Below, in pieces: positions 56,101 to 64,000 of a stretch of 64,000 bases of DNA. Each line of letters opens with the position of its first letter. Within the stretch, counting starts at the first letter, position 1. The position numbers and the translations under genes are program-made. The stretch spans positions 156-64,155 of the forward strand of contig JAFGPO010000139.1 in NCBI GenBank assembly GCA_016936155.1, written 5' to 3'. The notes under the pieces are model-generated. The model saw nothing but the letters and a program-made list of their open reading frames with translations. It did not search any database and was not told where the DNA came from. Source of the stretch: a candidate division WOR-3 bacterium. Lineage in GTDB: Bacteria > Hydrothermota > Tepidihabitantia > SM23-42.

Positions 56101-56374
56101 GGAGATCCTCGCCGAATCATACATCCTTGCTGGAAGGCGCTATGCTCATGAAGGGAGCTTTCCCAAAGCGCTCGAGGCCTTTGACAAGTGCGCGAGCGTT
56201 TCCCGTCCGATCCATAATGAATACCTGTGCGCTAAATGTCTGTTTCATGAGGGCGAGGCATTGAAAGATATGGGCAATTTGGACAAGGCACAGCAATTCT
56301 TCATCCAGGCAAAAGAGATATTTCAACGCCTGGGTGTTCAGCACTACCTTCAGATGCTCGATAGAATCCTTTAG
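53141..56374 (+). CDS. GGDEF diguanylate cyclase - STAND AAA ATPase - TPR fusion protein
   Basis: Begins directly with DDLTKLYNRR. Active site RYGGDEFVVL, with RxxD (REMD) 5 residues upstream. Walker A VSGEAGIGKTRLV. Long C-terminal TPR array (YNNLG/YNNLA units). Confidence 0.8.
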   Translation: MVLDDLTKLYNRRELFARLRQEIARSKRSHIPFSILLIDLDHFKAVNDNYGHVRGDRVLEEVAEIIRENCREMDIPCRYGGDEFVVLVPETDRWSAEKAAERLLGRFGDYTFLGYDEQPDLHLTVSIGTATFESNIEKPETLIERADQALYTAKKSGRNQICKDIDTSAVSKEPRLNFSGFIDRDKELDALKVVFDTMRKKRGGSVIVSGEAGIGKTRLVMELEKYARMHKALFLTAKPFEFGVTPPYHIFFQVIKSFVQRGSKLHAQVFSALPSVYKAELVKFIPELRVAISPAQQSSRISAEYEKMRLFDAVFQSFEFMTHEFPVFIFFDDMQWSREADLELLGYIMRNITHLRLCICCAYRTEEIDDKHPLQQFLRAMSREHRFESLGLEGLTEKDTCLLINTIIGFAVPVHVSQMIYNETSGNPFYIEEIIKSLAVEKDLYWNGARWSFRDIERINLPTSVGDLLRRRLEDVDEEHKGVLSVASAIGNHFSLSLLQRVTESNEGFLLDILDICLRRGLVRLEDEDVYTFSNILLQRTLYDDLSAIKKRRLHLKIAQAIERINYDAIEQVYENLAHHYLMAEYWETAFEYGFKAAEKLKKLYANQDAILRYQTCLRLISKNDIARPDIEVKIHIGLADIYYLIGNYGGAIKQYREVLERSDLNSVRRSDILRNMAKVYQRLADFDNALKCIIEGKALLDKNEHALKIAQFDTAAMWIYSKQGDAQRAREIADQALEVFKREEQEEDIGTLYSNLGTLYHDFGDWDKAEEVYMKSLESRERVGDEYDIAASYNNLGNVYQRKSDFEKAILYHKRALQIREKIGDRYGIAGSYNNLALVYDYLGEWDKCLDYHHKSLNISIQICSPHSVALSYSNIGYVLTKKGDFQQALQFSLQALEAAERIGDITHLASVKNNLANIYVAMGESEKALDMLRRAREKIEKHGYKNLLAENSKIYGEYHLAAGAYDEAKKYVDEAIGISEQIGDLEILAESYILAGRRYAHEGSFPKALEAFDKCASVSRPIHNEYLCAKCLFHEGEALKDMGNLDKAQQFFIQAKEIFQRLGVQHYLQMLDRIL

Positions 56375-56438
56375 ACTGACCTCATATCCCAAACCTTCAT
56401 CATGAGAACCTCTACCAATGCCTCTATTCCATTATTTT

Positions 56439-56455
56439 TGCACATTTCCTGTGCA
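56439..56455. promoter_or_regulatory. NtrC-like dyad TGCACA-N5-TGTGCA (possible bEBP binding site)
   Basis: Perfect 6-bp arms extended by T5/A5 runs. Centre lies about 70 bp upstream of the -24 GG at 56517. Confidence 0.35.
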
Positions 56456-56515
56456 AAAAAGAGGGTGAGAGTGCATTGTGTTTGATTGATATGTCGAAAT
56501 ACCATGCGCTTTCCC

Positions 56516-56531
56516 TGGCATGGCTGTTGCA
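56516..56531 (+). promoter_or_regulatory. Candidate sigma-54 (-24/-12) promoter upstream of the DUF4476 gene
   Basis: TGGCAT-ggctg-TTGCA has correct GG-N10-GC spacing. SD AAAGGAGG and ATG 56556 follow within 40 nt. Confidence 0.5.
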
Positions 56532-56555
56532 TTATACATAGGTAAAGGAGGTTGT

Positions 56556-57164
56556 ATGTGGACCAGCGTTGTGCTCTTCATGCTTATCAGTGTCTATCCT
56601 GGAGAAGTTATGATCAATGGACCAGAAGGTGCGGTCAGTATCGTGCTGCCGGATCAAGGGCAGTATATTGCAGATCAAGGTCACATGACGATCGGCGCGG
56701 TCTTGGCGAGCGTCAATGTGCGGTTGCATTTGCTGGAGGAATTGCATCGCGAACATGCGCTCTCGCCGCATGACTGTGCGCGCCTTATTAAAGAGATCCA
56801 ATTTCTGCTCACCTTACTGCCTGCCCAATTCTATTTCTCGCTCGACCCTTCCCTCTATTGTAATGATCCTGTTCAGCCGGTATACGCCATGTCCACCGGC
56901 GATTTTACGATTTTGGTCAAGGATCTTGACGAGGAGCTGTTCTCCGATGATAGGCTGAATCTTCTCCGGATCACCGCGTCCAGCCATTTCTTTTTAATTG
57001 AGCAAGTTGAAACGATCCTTGAGTATTTCACGTTTGAAGATGATAGAGTCGAGGCGGTAAGGATCTTGTATCCACAGATTTTGGATGATGAAAATGCTTA
57101 CCGCCTTTTTAAAAAATTTGTCTTCTCGAATTCCAAAAAAGAATTAGCCAAAATCTTGCAGTAG
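56556..57164 (+). CDS. DUF4476-like domain protein
   Basis: Start at ATG 56556 after AAAGGAGG. N-terminal hydrophobic segment. The C-terminal region FSDDRLNLLRITASSHFFLIEQVETILEYFTFEDDRVEAVRILYP resembles DUF4476. Confidence 0.5.
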   Translation: MWTSVVLFMLISVYPGEVMINGPEGAVSIVLPDQGQYIADQGHMTIGAVLASVNVRLHLLEELHREHALSPHDCARLIKEIQFLLTLLPAQFYFSLDPSLYCNDPVQPVYAMSTGDFTILVKDLDEELFSDDRLNLLRITASSHFFLIEQVETILEYFTFEDDRVEAVRILYPQILDDENAYRLFKKFVFSNSKKELAKILQ

Positions 57165-57474
57165 TTACCCGAACACCCAGAACCCCTCCTGCTGCCAGCC
57201 GGGCAAGGTCGTATAGACCTTGCCCGGCTCTTTGCACATGAATCCAGTTGACACTGTTCATTTCGATATTATAATTCATGGTGATCGCAGGAGAACACCA
57301 TTCCATGAGAAACCGCAGGTCCTGAAATAATGAGGAGATATTATCCGGACCCGCGGTCTCTGTATGGCTCATACCAGTACATTGCACTATAGGTGTCTTT
57401 TGTGAAAAAAGTGTGAAAAGTACAGGGTTGCAATTTACGCGGACTGTGGTATACTGAGAAAGCAGGAGGTGTTC

Positions 57475-58434
57475 GTGTTGAAGTGGCAAACATGTTGTTT
57501 TGTTATCATCATGGGCATGATAGCATCGTGTTCAACCAAAGGAGGTTCGATGGAAGTAACCAGGGACCTACCAGACTTTGATGCGCTCTGGGATTATAAT
57601 GACCCGGCGGCTACTGAAGTCAAGTTCAGGGAATTGCTGCCCGCTGCCCAGACGAGTAATGATCTCTCGTATGTAATACAATTAATGACCCAGATCGCAC
57701 GGGCGCAGGGATTGCAGAGAAAGTTCGATGAAGCACATGCCACGCTCGATTCAGTGCAAGGAATGATCAAGGAAGAACTCGTGGTCGCCAATGTGCGGTA
57801 TCTGCTTGAGCGCGGCCGGGCGACGAACTCTTCAGGTGATCCGGAAAAAGCAAAACCGTATTTTTTCGATGCCTATGAGATCGCATCCGCGAATAACGAG
57901 GATTACTATGCGATCGATGCGATCCACATGTTGCAGATCGTGGACCCGCCAGAAGAGCAGTTGAAATGGGCGGGGCTTGCCCTGGAGATGGCGGAGAAGA
58001 CAGCCGATGAAAGGGCGCGCAAGTGGCTCGGTCCATTATACAACAATACGGGATGGACCTACTTTGACCTGAAGCAGTATGACAAAGCCCTTGAGTTGTT
58101 CGAAAAGTCACTTGCGTACCGCCAGTCGATCAACGACGAAAAGGGAACCTTTATCGCGAAATGGACCATTGCCCGGACCTACCGGGAAGTGAGCCGGATC
58201 GACGAGGCACTTGCCCTGCAGCAGGCCCTGGAGCAGGAGATCGATGAGAAAGGGCTCGATCCTGATGGTTATGTGTATGAGGAGATCGGTGAGTGTTTGT
58301 TGATCCTACAGAGAATGAATGAAGCCAGACCTTATTTTGCCAAAGCATACAATCTTCTGTCCCAGGACCCGTGGTTGCAGGCGAATGAGCAAGCGCGTCT
58401 TGATCGCCTCAAGAGGCTTGGTGGGGCCGAATGA
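57475..58434 (+). CDS. TPR-repeat lipoprotein
   Basis: GTG start lies 5 nt after AGGAGG. Lipobox MGMIASCS. TPR-like helical repeats. Promoter is TTGCAA-N16-TATACT. Confidence 0.6.
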   Translation: MLKWQTCCFVIIMGMIASCSTKGGSMEVTRDLPDFDALWDYNDPAATEVKFRELLPAAQTSNDLSYVIQLMTQIARAQGLQRKFDEAHATLDSVQGMIKEELVVANVRYLLERGRATNSSGDPEKAKPYFFDAYEIASANNEDYYAIDAIHMLQIVDPPEEQLKWAGLALEMAEKTADERARKWLGPLYNNTGWTYFDLKQYDKALELFEKSLAYRQSINDEKGTFIAKWTIARTYREVSRIDEALALQQALEQEIDEKGLDPDGYVYEEIGECLLILQRMNEARPYFAKAYNLLSQDPWLQANEQARLDRLKRLGGAE

Positions 58435-58471
58435 ATTCAGTAATGAACATGATCGAAAACAAGGAGGCAGT

Positions 58472-59686
58472 GTGAAACGCATGATAGTATTCTTGTGCAT
58501 TGTGATGTGCACATCGTTATTCGGTTTTTCCAAATGGCTTAATACCGCACGGATCACGTACCAGGATGGCGATTTTGACCGCGCTAAGTACGCGTGCGAG
58601 AGCGGGATCGCTGAAGGGGAGCGGCACTTCGAACTGTATGCTATCCTCGGCGGGAGCCTGATTGGATTGGGTGATTATCAGGCCGCCGCGATTGCCCTTG
58701 ATAGCGCGTTCGTGATCGATTCCGTGCAGGTGCTCGAGTGGATGGTTAAGAAGGGTGGCTATCCTTACTACTACCAGGCGTATTATTTTTCCGCGCGCGA
58801 ATTGTTCGAGAAAGCTCTGTATGAACCAGCACTCGCGAAACTCGTGAAGAGCCCGGTGCTTGCGCCGGATGATATCAATACGCTCGTTCTTAAAGGCACC
58901 ATCTTCTATCAATTGGATCGTCTTGATCAAGCAAATGCTGTGTACCGCAGGATCCTTGATATCGATCCGGATAATGCGGATGTTCATTTCCTGATCGGCA
59001 AGGCTCTGTTCGAGGGAAAGCAGTTTGACAGCAGCCTCGTGTACATGGCGAATGCCGGCGAGAACTACAAAAAAGAATATGATCGTAAAGCGCAGCTTCT
59101 CTTCAAAAACCTTACCGAAGTCAAGAATGAGCTCGTGCAGAAAATCCTGTGGCTCTGGTCCCGGCAGGATCTTGATTCGCTCGACATCGTGGTCAAGAGC
59201 GAGCTGCTCCACGAGGACGGGATCGTTGTGTACAAAAAAACCATTGAACAGTATGCCAAGGTTGCCGGCGATCTTGCCCGGAGTTACTATTATATCGGCA
59301 TGTCCTACTACTATTTGAAAAACGACAGCCTTGCCCTGCAGTACCTGAAGACGAGCTTGAAATACAACCCGGATGATCCGGACGCGCTGTTTTTTACCGG
59401 TGAGAGCATTCTGCGCTCCGGCGACTATCAGGGCGCGCTGCCGTACTTTCGTTACCTCGTGCACGTGAAGCATGATGACGTGTACGGGTGGTTCTACATC
59501 GGGGTGTGTTATATGCAGCTCAAGGATTTTGAAAAGGCGCTCGATGCGTTCGAGAATCATGTGCTTGCATTGAATCCCGGGCACATCGATGCAATGACCA
59601 ACCTCGCTTACATTTATAACGAGCAGGGGAATTCCGCTAAGGCGAATGAATATTTGAACCGCGTCCAGGAACTTCAGGATCAATGA
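58472..59686 (+). CDS. TPR-repeat protein (secreted)
   Basis: GTG start lies 4 nt after AAGGAGG. Signal-like MKRMIVFLCIVMCTSLFG. Multiple TPR units (DPDNADVHFLIGKALFEGKQFDSS, NPDDPDALFFTGESILRSGDYQGA). Confidence 0.65.
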   Translation: MKRMIVFLCIVMCTSLFGFSKWLNTARITYQDGDFDRAKYACESGIAEGERHFELYAILGGSLIGLGDYQAAAIALDSAFVIDSVQVLEWMVKKGGYPYYYQAYYFSARELFEKALYEPALAKLVKSPVLAPDDINTLVLKGTIFYQLDRLDQANAVYRRILDIDPDNADVHFLIGKALFEGKQFDSSLVYMANAGENYKKEYDRKAQLLFKNLTEVKNELVQKILWLWSRQDLDSLDIVVKSELLHEDGIVVYKKTIEQYAKVAGDLARSYYYIGMSYYYLKNDSLALQYLKTSLKYNPDDPDALFFTGESILRSGDYQGALPYFRYLVHVKHDDVYGWFYIGVCYMQLKDFEKALDAFENHVLALNPGHIDAMTNLAYIYNEQGNSAKANEYLNRVQELQDQ

Positions 59687-59724
59687 ACACGAACTATTCG
59701 GGAAGTCTTTAGAGAAGGTGATCG

Positions 59725-62700
59725 ATGAAGAAATATGTCATGCGTTCCATCGTACTCTGCCTCAGCGTGGCCGGCATGTGCCTGGTCACGCGTGCCGATC
59801 CGATCAGGGATGTCCATTTCCCTGCACCCTCGCCCGATGGCACGAAACTTCTTTTTTCCTATCAGGGCGATCTCTGGGTGACCGGTATAGCAGGCGGGCG
59901 CGCCGAGCGGTTCACGGTCCACACCGGGTACGAAAGCACGGGTCGGTGGTCCCCGGACAATGCATGGATCGCCTTTGAATCGGATCGCTACGGCAACGAC
60001 GATATTTTCATCATGCCGTCGGACGGGAGCGCGCCGCCAACGCGTTTGACATACTATTCGATGCACGATGCCCTGTATGACTGGACCCCGGATGGGGCCT
60101 CGATCCTCTTCGGGAGTTACCGCCATACCTTTTCGTCCGCCCTCTACGAGATCCCCATACAGGGAGGTATGCCGCGGATGGTTTTTGCTTTCAGCGCGCG
60201 CGAACTCTGTATGTTACCGGACGGCAAAACGATCCTGTTCTCCCGCAATGGCGCATCCTGGTGGCGCCGCCGCTATCGAGGCGGTAATGACAAGGAGATC
60301 TGGATGAAAGTCTTGCCTGACGGCGTGTCCCAACGTTTGACCGACGCACCGGGCGATGATGGATATCCCATGTATTCAGTGTACGACGGCATGGTGTACT
60401 TTGTGAGCAACCGGGGTGATGACCGGGTAAAGAACCTCTGGCGCATGAACATCGATGGCACCGCGCCCGAGCAATTGACCCATGAGACCGAGGATATCTA
60501 TTTCCCGTGCATTTCCGGGAACGGCCGGGTCATCGCGTACGAGTGTGACGGCTGCCTTGCGGTGTTCGATGTCGAGACGCTCATTGGGCGGCGCGTCATG
60601 GTCGAGACAGTGCAGGATCATAAGGAAAATCCGGAAACCTACCAGGTGTTCACAAGCCAGGCGACCGAGTTCCGCCTGTCCCCGGATGAAGAACAGCTTG
60701 CCTTTGTGGTCCACGGTGACATTTTCGTGATGTCATTCAAGGACAACAGGCCGGATAAGGTGGCGCAGGTTACGTCGACGCCCTATATTGAAAGGGATAT
60801 TTCGTGGCACCCGAGCAGGGAACTTCTCGTTTATTCATCGATGCAGGACGGCGACATGGATATTTACACGATCGAACCGGCGGAAAAAGAACGATTCGCC
60901 CAGGACCTGCTCTTCATTTCACGCAAGGTCGTTGATACGCCGGAAACTGAAAGCAAGCCGGTGTTTTCGCCGGACGGCGATCACATCGCGTTTTTCAGGA
61001 ACAAGCGCGGGCTTTTTGTTATGGACACGGACGGCCGGAATCGCTGTCAGCTCTATGATCAGAACGATGTCCTGTGGATGGACTGGTCACCGGACAGCCG
61101 CTGGATCGCCTTTAGCCGGACCTCGCTTGGGTGGCGTGAAGACATCTATGTGGTGCCGATCAGCGATCCGGGAAAAGCCGTGAACATATCGAATCATCCG
61201 AATGATGACTACAAGCCGATGTGGAGCGCCGACGGAAAACGTATTTCATTCGCCTCGCGCAATGCGACCGGCGATCTGTGGGTGAAGTACGCATTTCTGC
61301 AGAAAGCCGATGAGGAGCGCGACGGGGAATACTGGGAAACGTATGAGCCGGATTCGATTGATCAGGATATCCTTATCGAATTCGAGAATATCGAGGACCG
61401 CATCCATACCGTGGTCAAGGTTCAAGGATACTACAATATCATCGATCAATCTCCGGATGGCGAGCAGTACGTGATTTATGCCAATAACCTTGAGGACAAT
61501 GATATCTGGACCGTGGACTGGCAGGGAAAGGATTTGAAGCGGATTACGGAAAACAATGTACGGCCCAAGCAGTTCACTGTTTCCAGAGACAAAAAAGATA
61601 TTTACTACCTGTCCGGCACCGGCGGCCTGTACAAAACCGCGATCGCGATTGCGGCCTCGGTCCCCCTGAATTTTGCCGTGGGGATGTATATCGATCGGTC
61701 CGCTGAGCAGGAACAGGTGTTCAGGGAAGCGTGGTGGGCTTTGCAGGACGGATTCTATGACAGTGATTTTCACGGCGTCGACTGGCGTGCGATGTATGAC
61801 AAATATTGTGAGCGCGCGCTCGCGAGCCGCACCACGCGCGATTTTCAGATGATCATCGGGATGATGATCGGCGAACTGAATGCTTCGCACCTCGGCGTCT
61901 GGAAACAGGAGCAGGATCAGGAAACGACCGGTGCGCTTGGCATCGTGTTCAATGGCGCGTACCGCGGAAAAGGCGCCCGGGTCGAAGAGATTATTCCTGA
62001 TTCGCCGGCAAGTGAAGACAGGGTGGGGATAGATCCCGGAGATATCATCACGCATATCAATGGTGTCGCGATCGAACCGGGCGACAACGTATACGCTTTC
62101 CTGCGTAATGCGAACAACAAGGAGATCATGCTCACGCTCAATGAGCCAGATGGAATCCGGAACGTGCGTATAACCGCCAAGGATCCATGGACGATCGCCC
62201 GGCTCGTGGATAAAGCGTGGGTGCGATCGAACGAAGCGTACGTGCATGCAACGAGTAAGGAACGGGTTGGGTATGTGTATATCGCATCAATGGGAGTCTC
62301 CAATCTGCGGCAGTTCGAGCAGGATCTGTACCAGGAACTTGACCGGGATGGGTTGATCCTCGATATACGTTATAATGGCGGCGGCAGTATCCATGACGAA
62401 TTGATCGAGATCCTGCGCAGGACCGTGTACGCGTATTCGATTGAACGTGACGGCACCAAGGAGTATAACTCGCTGTTCCGGTGGGACAAACCGATCGTCC
62501 TGCTCATCAATGAATACTGCTACAGCGATGCCGAGATCTTCCCGGCCGGGTTCAAGGAGCTGAATCTCGGTATTGTAGTTGGCCAGCCGACATTCGGTGC
62601 CGTGATCGGAACGAATGATATCCAATTGCTTGACGGCACCGGATTCCGCGTGCCCGGTACTGGCTGGTACACGCTCTCAGGTACGAATCTTGAGAATACG

Positions 62701-62817
62701 CCGGTCACACCCGACGTCTTTGTGGAAAATACGCCGGAGCAGGACGGTTTGACCGGTGATAACCAACTCAGGAAAGCGCTCGACATTATGCTCGAGCAGC
62801 TGCCGCCGGAACATTGA
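59725..62817 (+). CDS. Tricorn protease homolog (PD40/TolB-like beta-propellers, PDZ, S41 peptidase domain)
   Basis: The N-terminus PAPSPDGTKLLFSYQGDLWV and repeated SPDG motifs indicate PD40 blades. PDZ-like GIDPGDIITHINGVAI. S41 core GLILDIRYNGGGSI and INEYCYSDAEIF. Confidence 0.8.
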   Translation: MKKYVMRSIVLCLSVAGMCLVTRADPIRDVHFPAPSPDGTKLLFSYQGDLWVTGIAGGRAERFTVHTGYESTGRWSPDNAWIAFESDRYGNDDIFIMPSDGSAPPTRLTYYSMHDALYDWTPDGASILFGSYRHTFSSALYEIPIQGGMPRMVFAFSARELCMLPDGKTILFSRNGASWWRRRYRGGNDKEIWMKVLPDGVSQRLTDAPGDDGYPMYSVYDGMVYFVSNRGDDRVKNLWRMNIDGTAPEQLTHETEDIYFPCISGNGRVIAYECDGCLAVFDVETLIGRRVMVETVQDHKENPETYQVFTSQATEFRLSPDEEQLAFVVHGDIFVMSFKDNRPDKVAQVTSTPYIERDISWHPSRELLVYSSMQDGDMDIYTIEPAEKERFAQDLLFISRKVVDTPETESKPVFSPDGDHIAFFRNKRGLFVMDTDGRNRCQLYDQNDVLWMDWSPDSRWIAFSRTSLGWREDIYVVPISDPGKAVNISNHPNDDYKPMWSADGKRISFASRNATGDLWVKYAFLQKADEERDGEYWETYEPDSIDQDILIEFENIEDRIHTVVKVQGYYNIIDQSPDGEQYVIYANNLEDNDIWTVDWQGKDLKRITENNVRPKQFTVSRDKKDIYYLSGTGGLYKTAIAIAASVPLNFAVGMYIDRSAEQEQVFREAWWALQDGFYDSDFHGVDWRAMYDKYCERALASRTTRDFQMIIGMMIGELNASHLGVWKQEQDQETTGALGIVFNGAYRGKGARVEEIIPDSPASEDRVGIDPGDIITHINGVAIEPGDNVYAFLRNANNKEIMLTLNEPDGIRNVRITAKDPWTIARLVDKAWVRSNEAYVHATSKERVGYVYIASMGVSNLRQFEQDLYQELDRDGLILDIRYNGGGSIHDELIEILRRTVYAYSIERDGTKEYNSLFRWDKPIVLLINEYCYSDAEIFPAGFKELNLGIVVGQPTFGAVIGTNDIQLLDGTGFRVPGTGWYTLSGTNLENTPVTPDVFVENTPEQDGLTGDNQLRKALDIMLEQLPPEH

Positions 62818-62822
62818 CCGCG

Positions 62823-63428
62823 ATGCACCGGCATATTGATCCTCAACGCATGCATACGGTCCGCAGGCAGAATGTGGATCTGCGCCATGTCGTGTTAAAG
62901 GGCCGGATTCTGGACATCGGCGGCGGCAGTGAAGGCATCATCGGGCACATGAAGAGAAACAAAGTCGTGGCGATCGATCCGAGCGAGCGCGAGCTACGGG
63001 AAGCGCGATCCGGCGGATTGAAGATCATTATGGATGTCCGCATGCTCAAGTTCCTCGATAACACATTCGATACAGTGACCGCCTTCTTTTCCCTGATGTA
63101 CATTCCCGAGGATGATCGCGAACAGGTGTTCAAAGAGGTGTACCGTGTGCTCAAAAAAGGCGGTCATTTCGTGATATGGGACGCGGTCATGCCCAAGCGG
63201 CGGGCGAATCAGAAAAAGAACATATTCGTTGTGCCGTTAACGATCATAATTCCGCGTACCAAAATTCAGACCACATTCAGCGCTCAATGGCATCAAAGCG
63301 GCCAGAACCGTCGTTCGTTCCAAAAACTGGGTGAGAAGATCGGGTTTTCGGTGATAAAAATATCCGAGCGCAAAAGCGTCTGCTTTATGCGCATGGTTAA
63401 GACTAATTGCGATCGGCCTGATCAGTAG
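62823..63428 (+). CDS. Class I SAM-dependent methyltransferase
   Basis: Motif I ILDIGGGSEG. Post-I VVAIDPSE. Motif III-like LKKGGHFVIWD. Confidence 0.75.
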   Translation: MHRHIDPQRMHTVRRQNVDLRHVVLKGRILDIGGGSEGIIGHMKRNKVVAIDPSERELREARSGGLKIIMDVRMLKFLDNTFDTVTAFFSLMYIPEDDREQVFKEVYRVLKKGGHFVIWDAVMPKRRANQKKNIFVVPLTIIIPRTKIQTTFSAQWHQSGQNRRSFQKLGEKIGFSVIKISERKSVCFMRMVKTNCDRPDQ

Positions 63429-63595
63429 CCGACTTTTTGGATCTTGAGCATTTCAACGATCCGGTAGAGCGCGCACTCGCCGTCACATTCGGCCGGACAT
63501 TTCCACCCCGCATTAATATGTTTTGCCGGGCACATGCGCGGTTTTGTTGAATCGCTGAACGGACATAGAAAATATTCCTTCTTTTCCGCTGCCAT
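63422..63595 (-). CDS. Small cysteine-rich protein (57 aa), not in the ORF track
   Basis: MAAEKKEYFLCPFSDSTKPRMCPAKHINAGWKCPAECDGECALYRIVEMLKIQKVGY. SD GAGGAGG sits 7 nt before ATG 63595. Five Cys. Its 3' end overlaps the convergent methyltransferase by 7 nt. Confidence 0.45.
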   Translation of the reverse strand: MAAEKKEYFLCPFSDSTKPRMCPAKHINAGWKCPAECDGECALYRIVEMLKIQKVGY

Positions 63596-64000
63596 CAGTA
63601 CACCTCCTCGATCGTCGCAGATGAATTTCTTCTATTATACGTGTTCCCGCTGCGCTGTCAATGATTACATAGCGTAGAGCGTATTGCATAGGGTGAAACA
63701 GCGCAAAGACGCATTATTGAATCATGATTCGTGCATTACCCGATTACTTACTCACCAATGACAAAATCACGCAGGATAAAAGACAGGAACTATTCTCTAT
63801 TTGCTTGAACAATGATTATCTTTGCTCGTCGCCTGCTCTGAGCAACGCCGAAGGGAGCGAGCGCAGCCCCGTTACATATGAAAACCGCATGAGCGGACGG
63901 ACAATGTGCGATAGGCGATTTCAATCAGGACGCGTTTGTATTAATTAATAAATGGGTCATCGCGTAAATGAGTGGGTAAAAATCGGCATCAAAACCGCTG

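Noticed and set aside
56439-56455. The TTTTTGCACA/TGTGCAAAAA hairpin as the terminator of the GGDEF-STAND gene
   Set aside because: The flanking T and A runs pair with each other, so no free U-tract follows the stem on either strand. Its position relative to the -24/-12 element fits an activator site better. Terminator function is not fully excluded.
58517-59683. Very long antisense ORFs (58517..59683 388 aa, 54764..55744 326 aa, 40433..41356 307 aa, 61246..62247 333 aa, 5810..6646 278 aa) and a same-strand alternative frame (49255..50316 353 aa)
   Set aside because: Each lies entirely inside a longer ORF that has clear family motifs (TPR, GGDEF-STAND, tricorn, S8, M1). Their translations are low-complexity and Arg/His/Pro-rich, with no SD or promoter. 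These are shadow ORFs produced by codon bias.
63724-63948. 74-aa ORF at the window end
   Set aside because: It overlaps repeat-like sequence (LSNAEGSERS-type translation), has no SD, and shows low-complexity composition. It is probably non-coding.
1-64000. CRISPR arrays, rRNA or complete tRNA genes, prophage or toxin-antitoxin modules
   Set aside because: Reading the intergenic regions showed no regularly spaced direct repeats, rRNA signatures or full cloverleafs. The only mobile-element signature is the RAYT/REP unit.

Overview
64-kb bacterial fragment, standard genetic code. It probably comes from an uncultured FCB-like lineage: nine predicted secreted proteins end in a Por/T9SS-type C-terminal sorting domain, including S8, M14 and M1 peptidases and Kelch, FG-GAP and beta-propeller cargo. 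Housekeeping content includes argR with divergent argG-argH, controlled by tandem ARG boxes, plus transaldolase, a metal ABC importer, OsmC, a HAD hydrolase, a GT2 glycosyltransferase and a tricorn-like protease. Signalling content includes a sensor-less sigma-54 activator and three paralogous STAND ATPase-TPR proteins with different N-terminal modules: class III cyclase, none, and GGDEF. The main finding is an AT-rich ~7-kb island (about 21.9-29.1 kb). It carries an unannotated 48-aa Cys-rich precursor ORF behind a near-consensus sigma-54 promoter with tandem upstream palindromes. The precursor is followed by a radical-SAM/SPASM maturase with an RRE-like N-terminus, an M16 peptidase, an ABC exporter and a decayed MFS gene. 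The island ends at a RAYT (IS200-like Y1) transposase flanked by inverted REP hairpins. I read this as a sbo-alb-like thioether RiPP cluster of unresolved chemotype. Second, two T9SS cargo genes are each interrupted by one in-frame TGA followed by a tight hairpin. One TGA replaces the first Cys of a thioredoxin-like CxxC motif (UxxC), so these are candidate selenoproteins. Other observations are many consensus TTGACA-N16-TATAAT promoters sitting 5-9 nt from the ATG (leaderless mRNAs), a duplicated ArsR-type operator module, a second sigma-54 promoter with an NtrC-like dyad, and structured intergenic regions. All family assignments come from reading motifs by eye and need HMM or BLAST confirmation.
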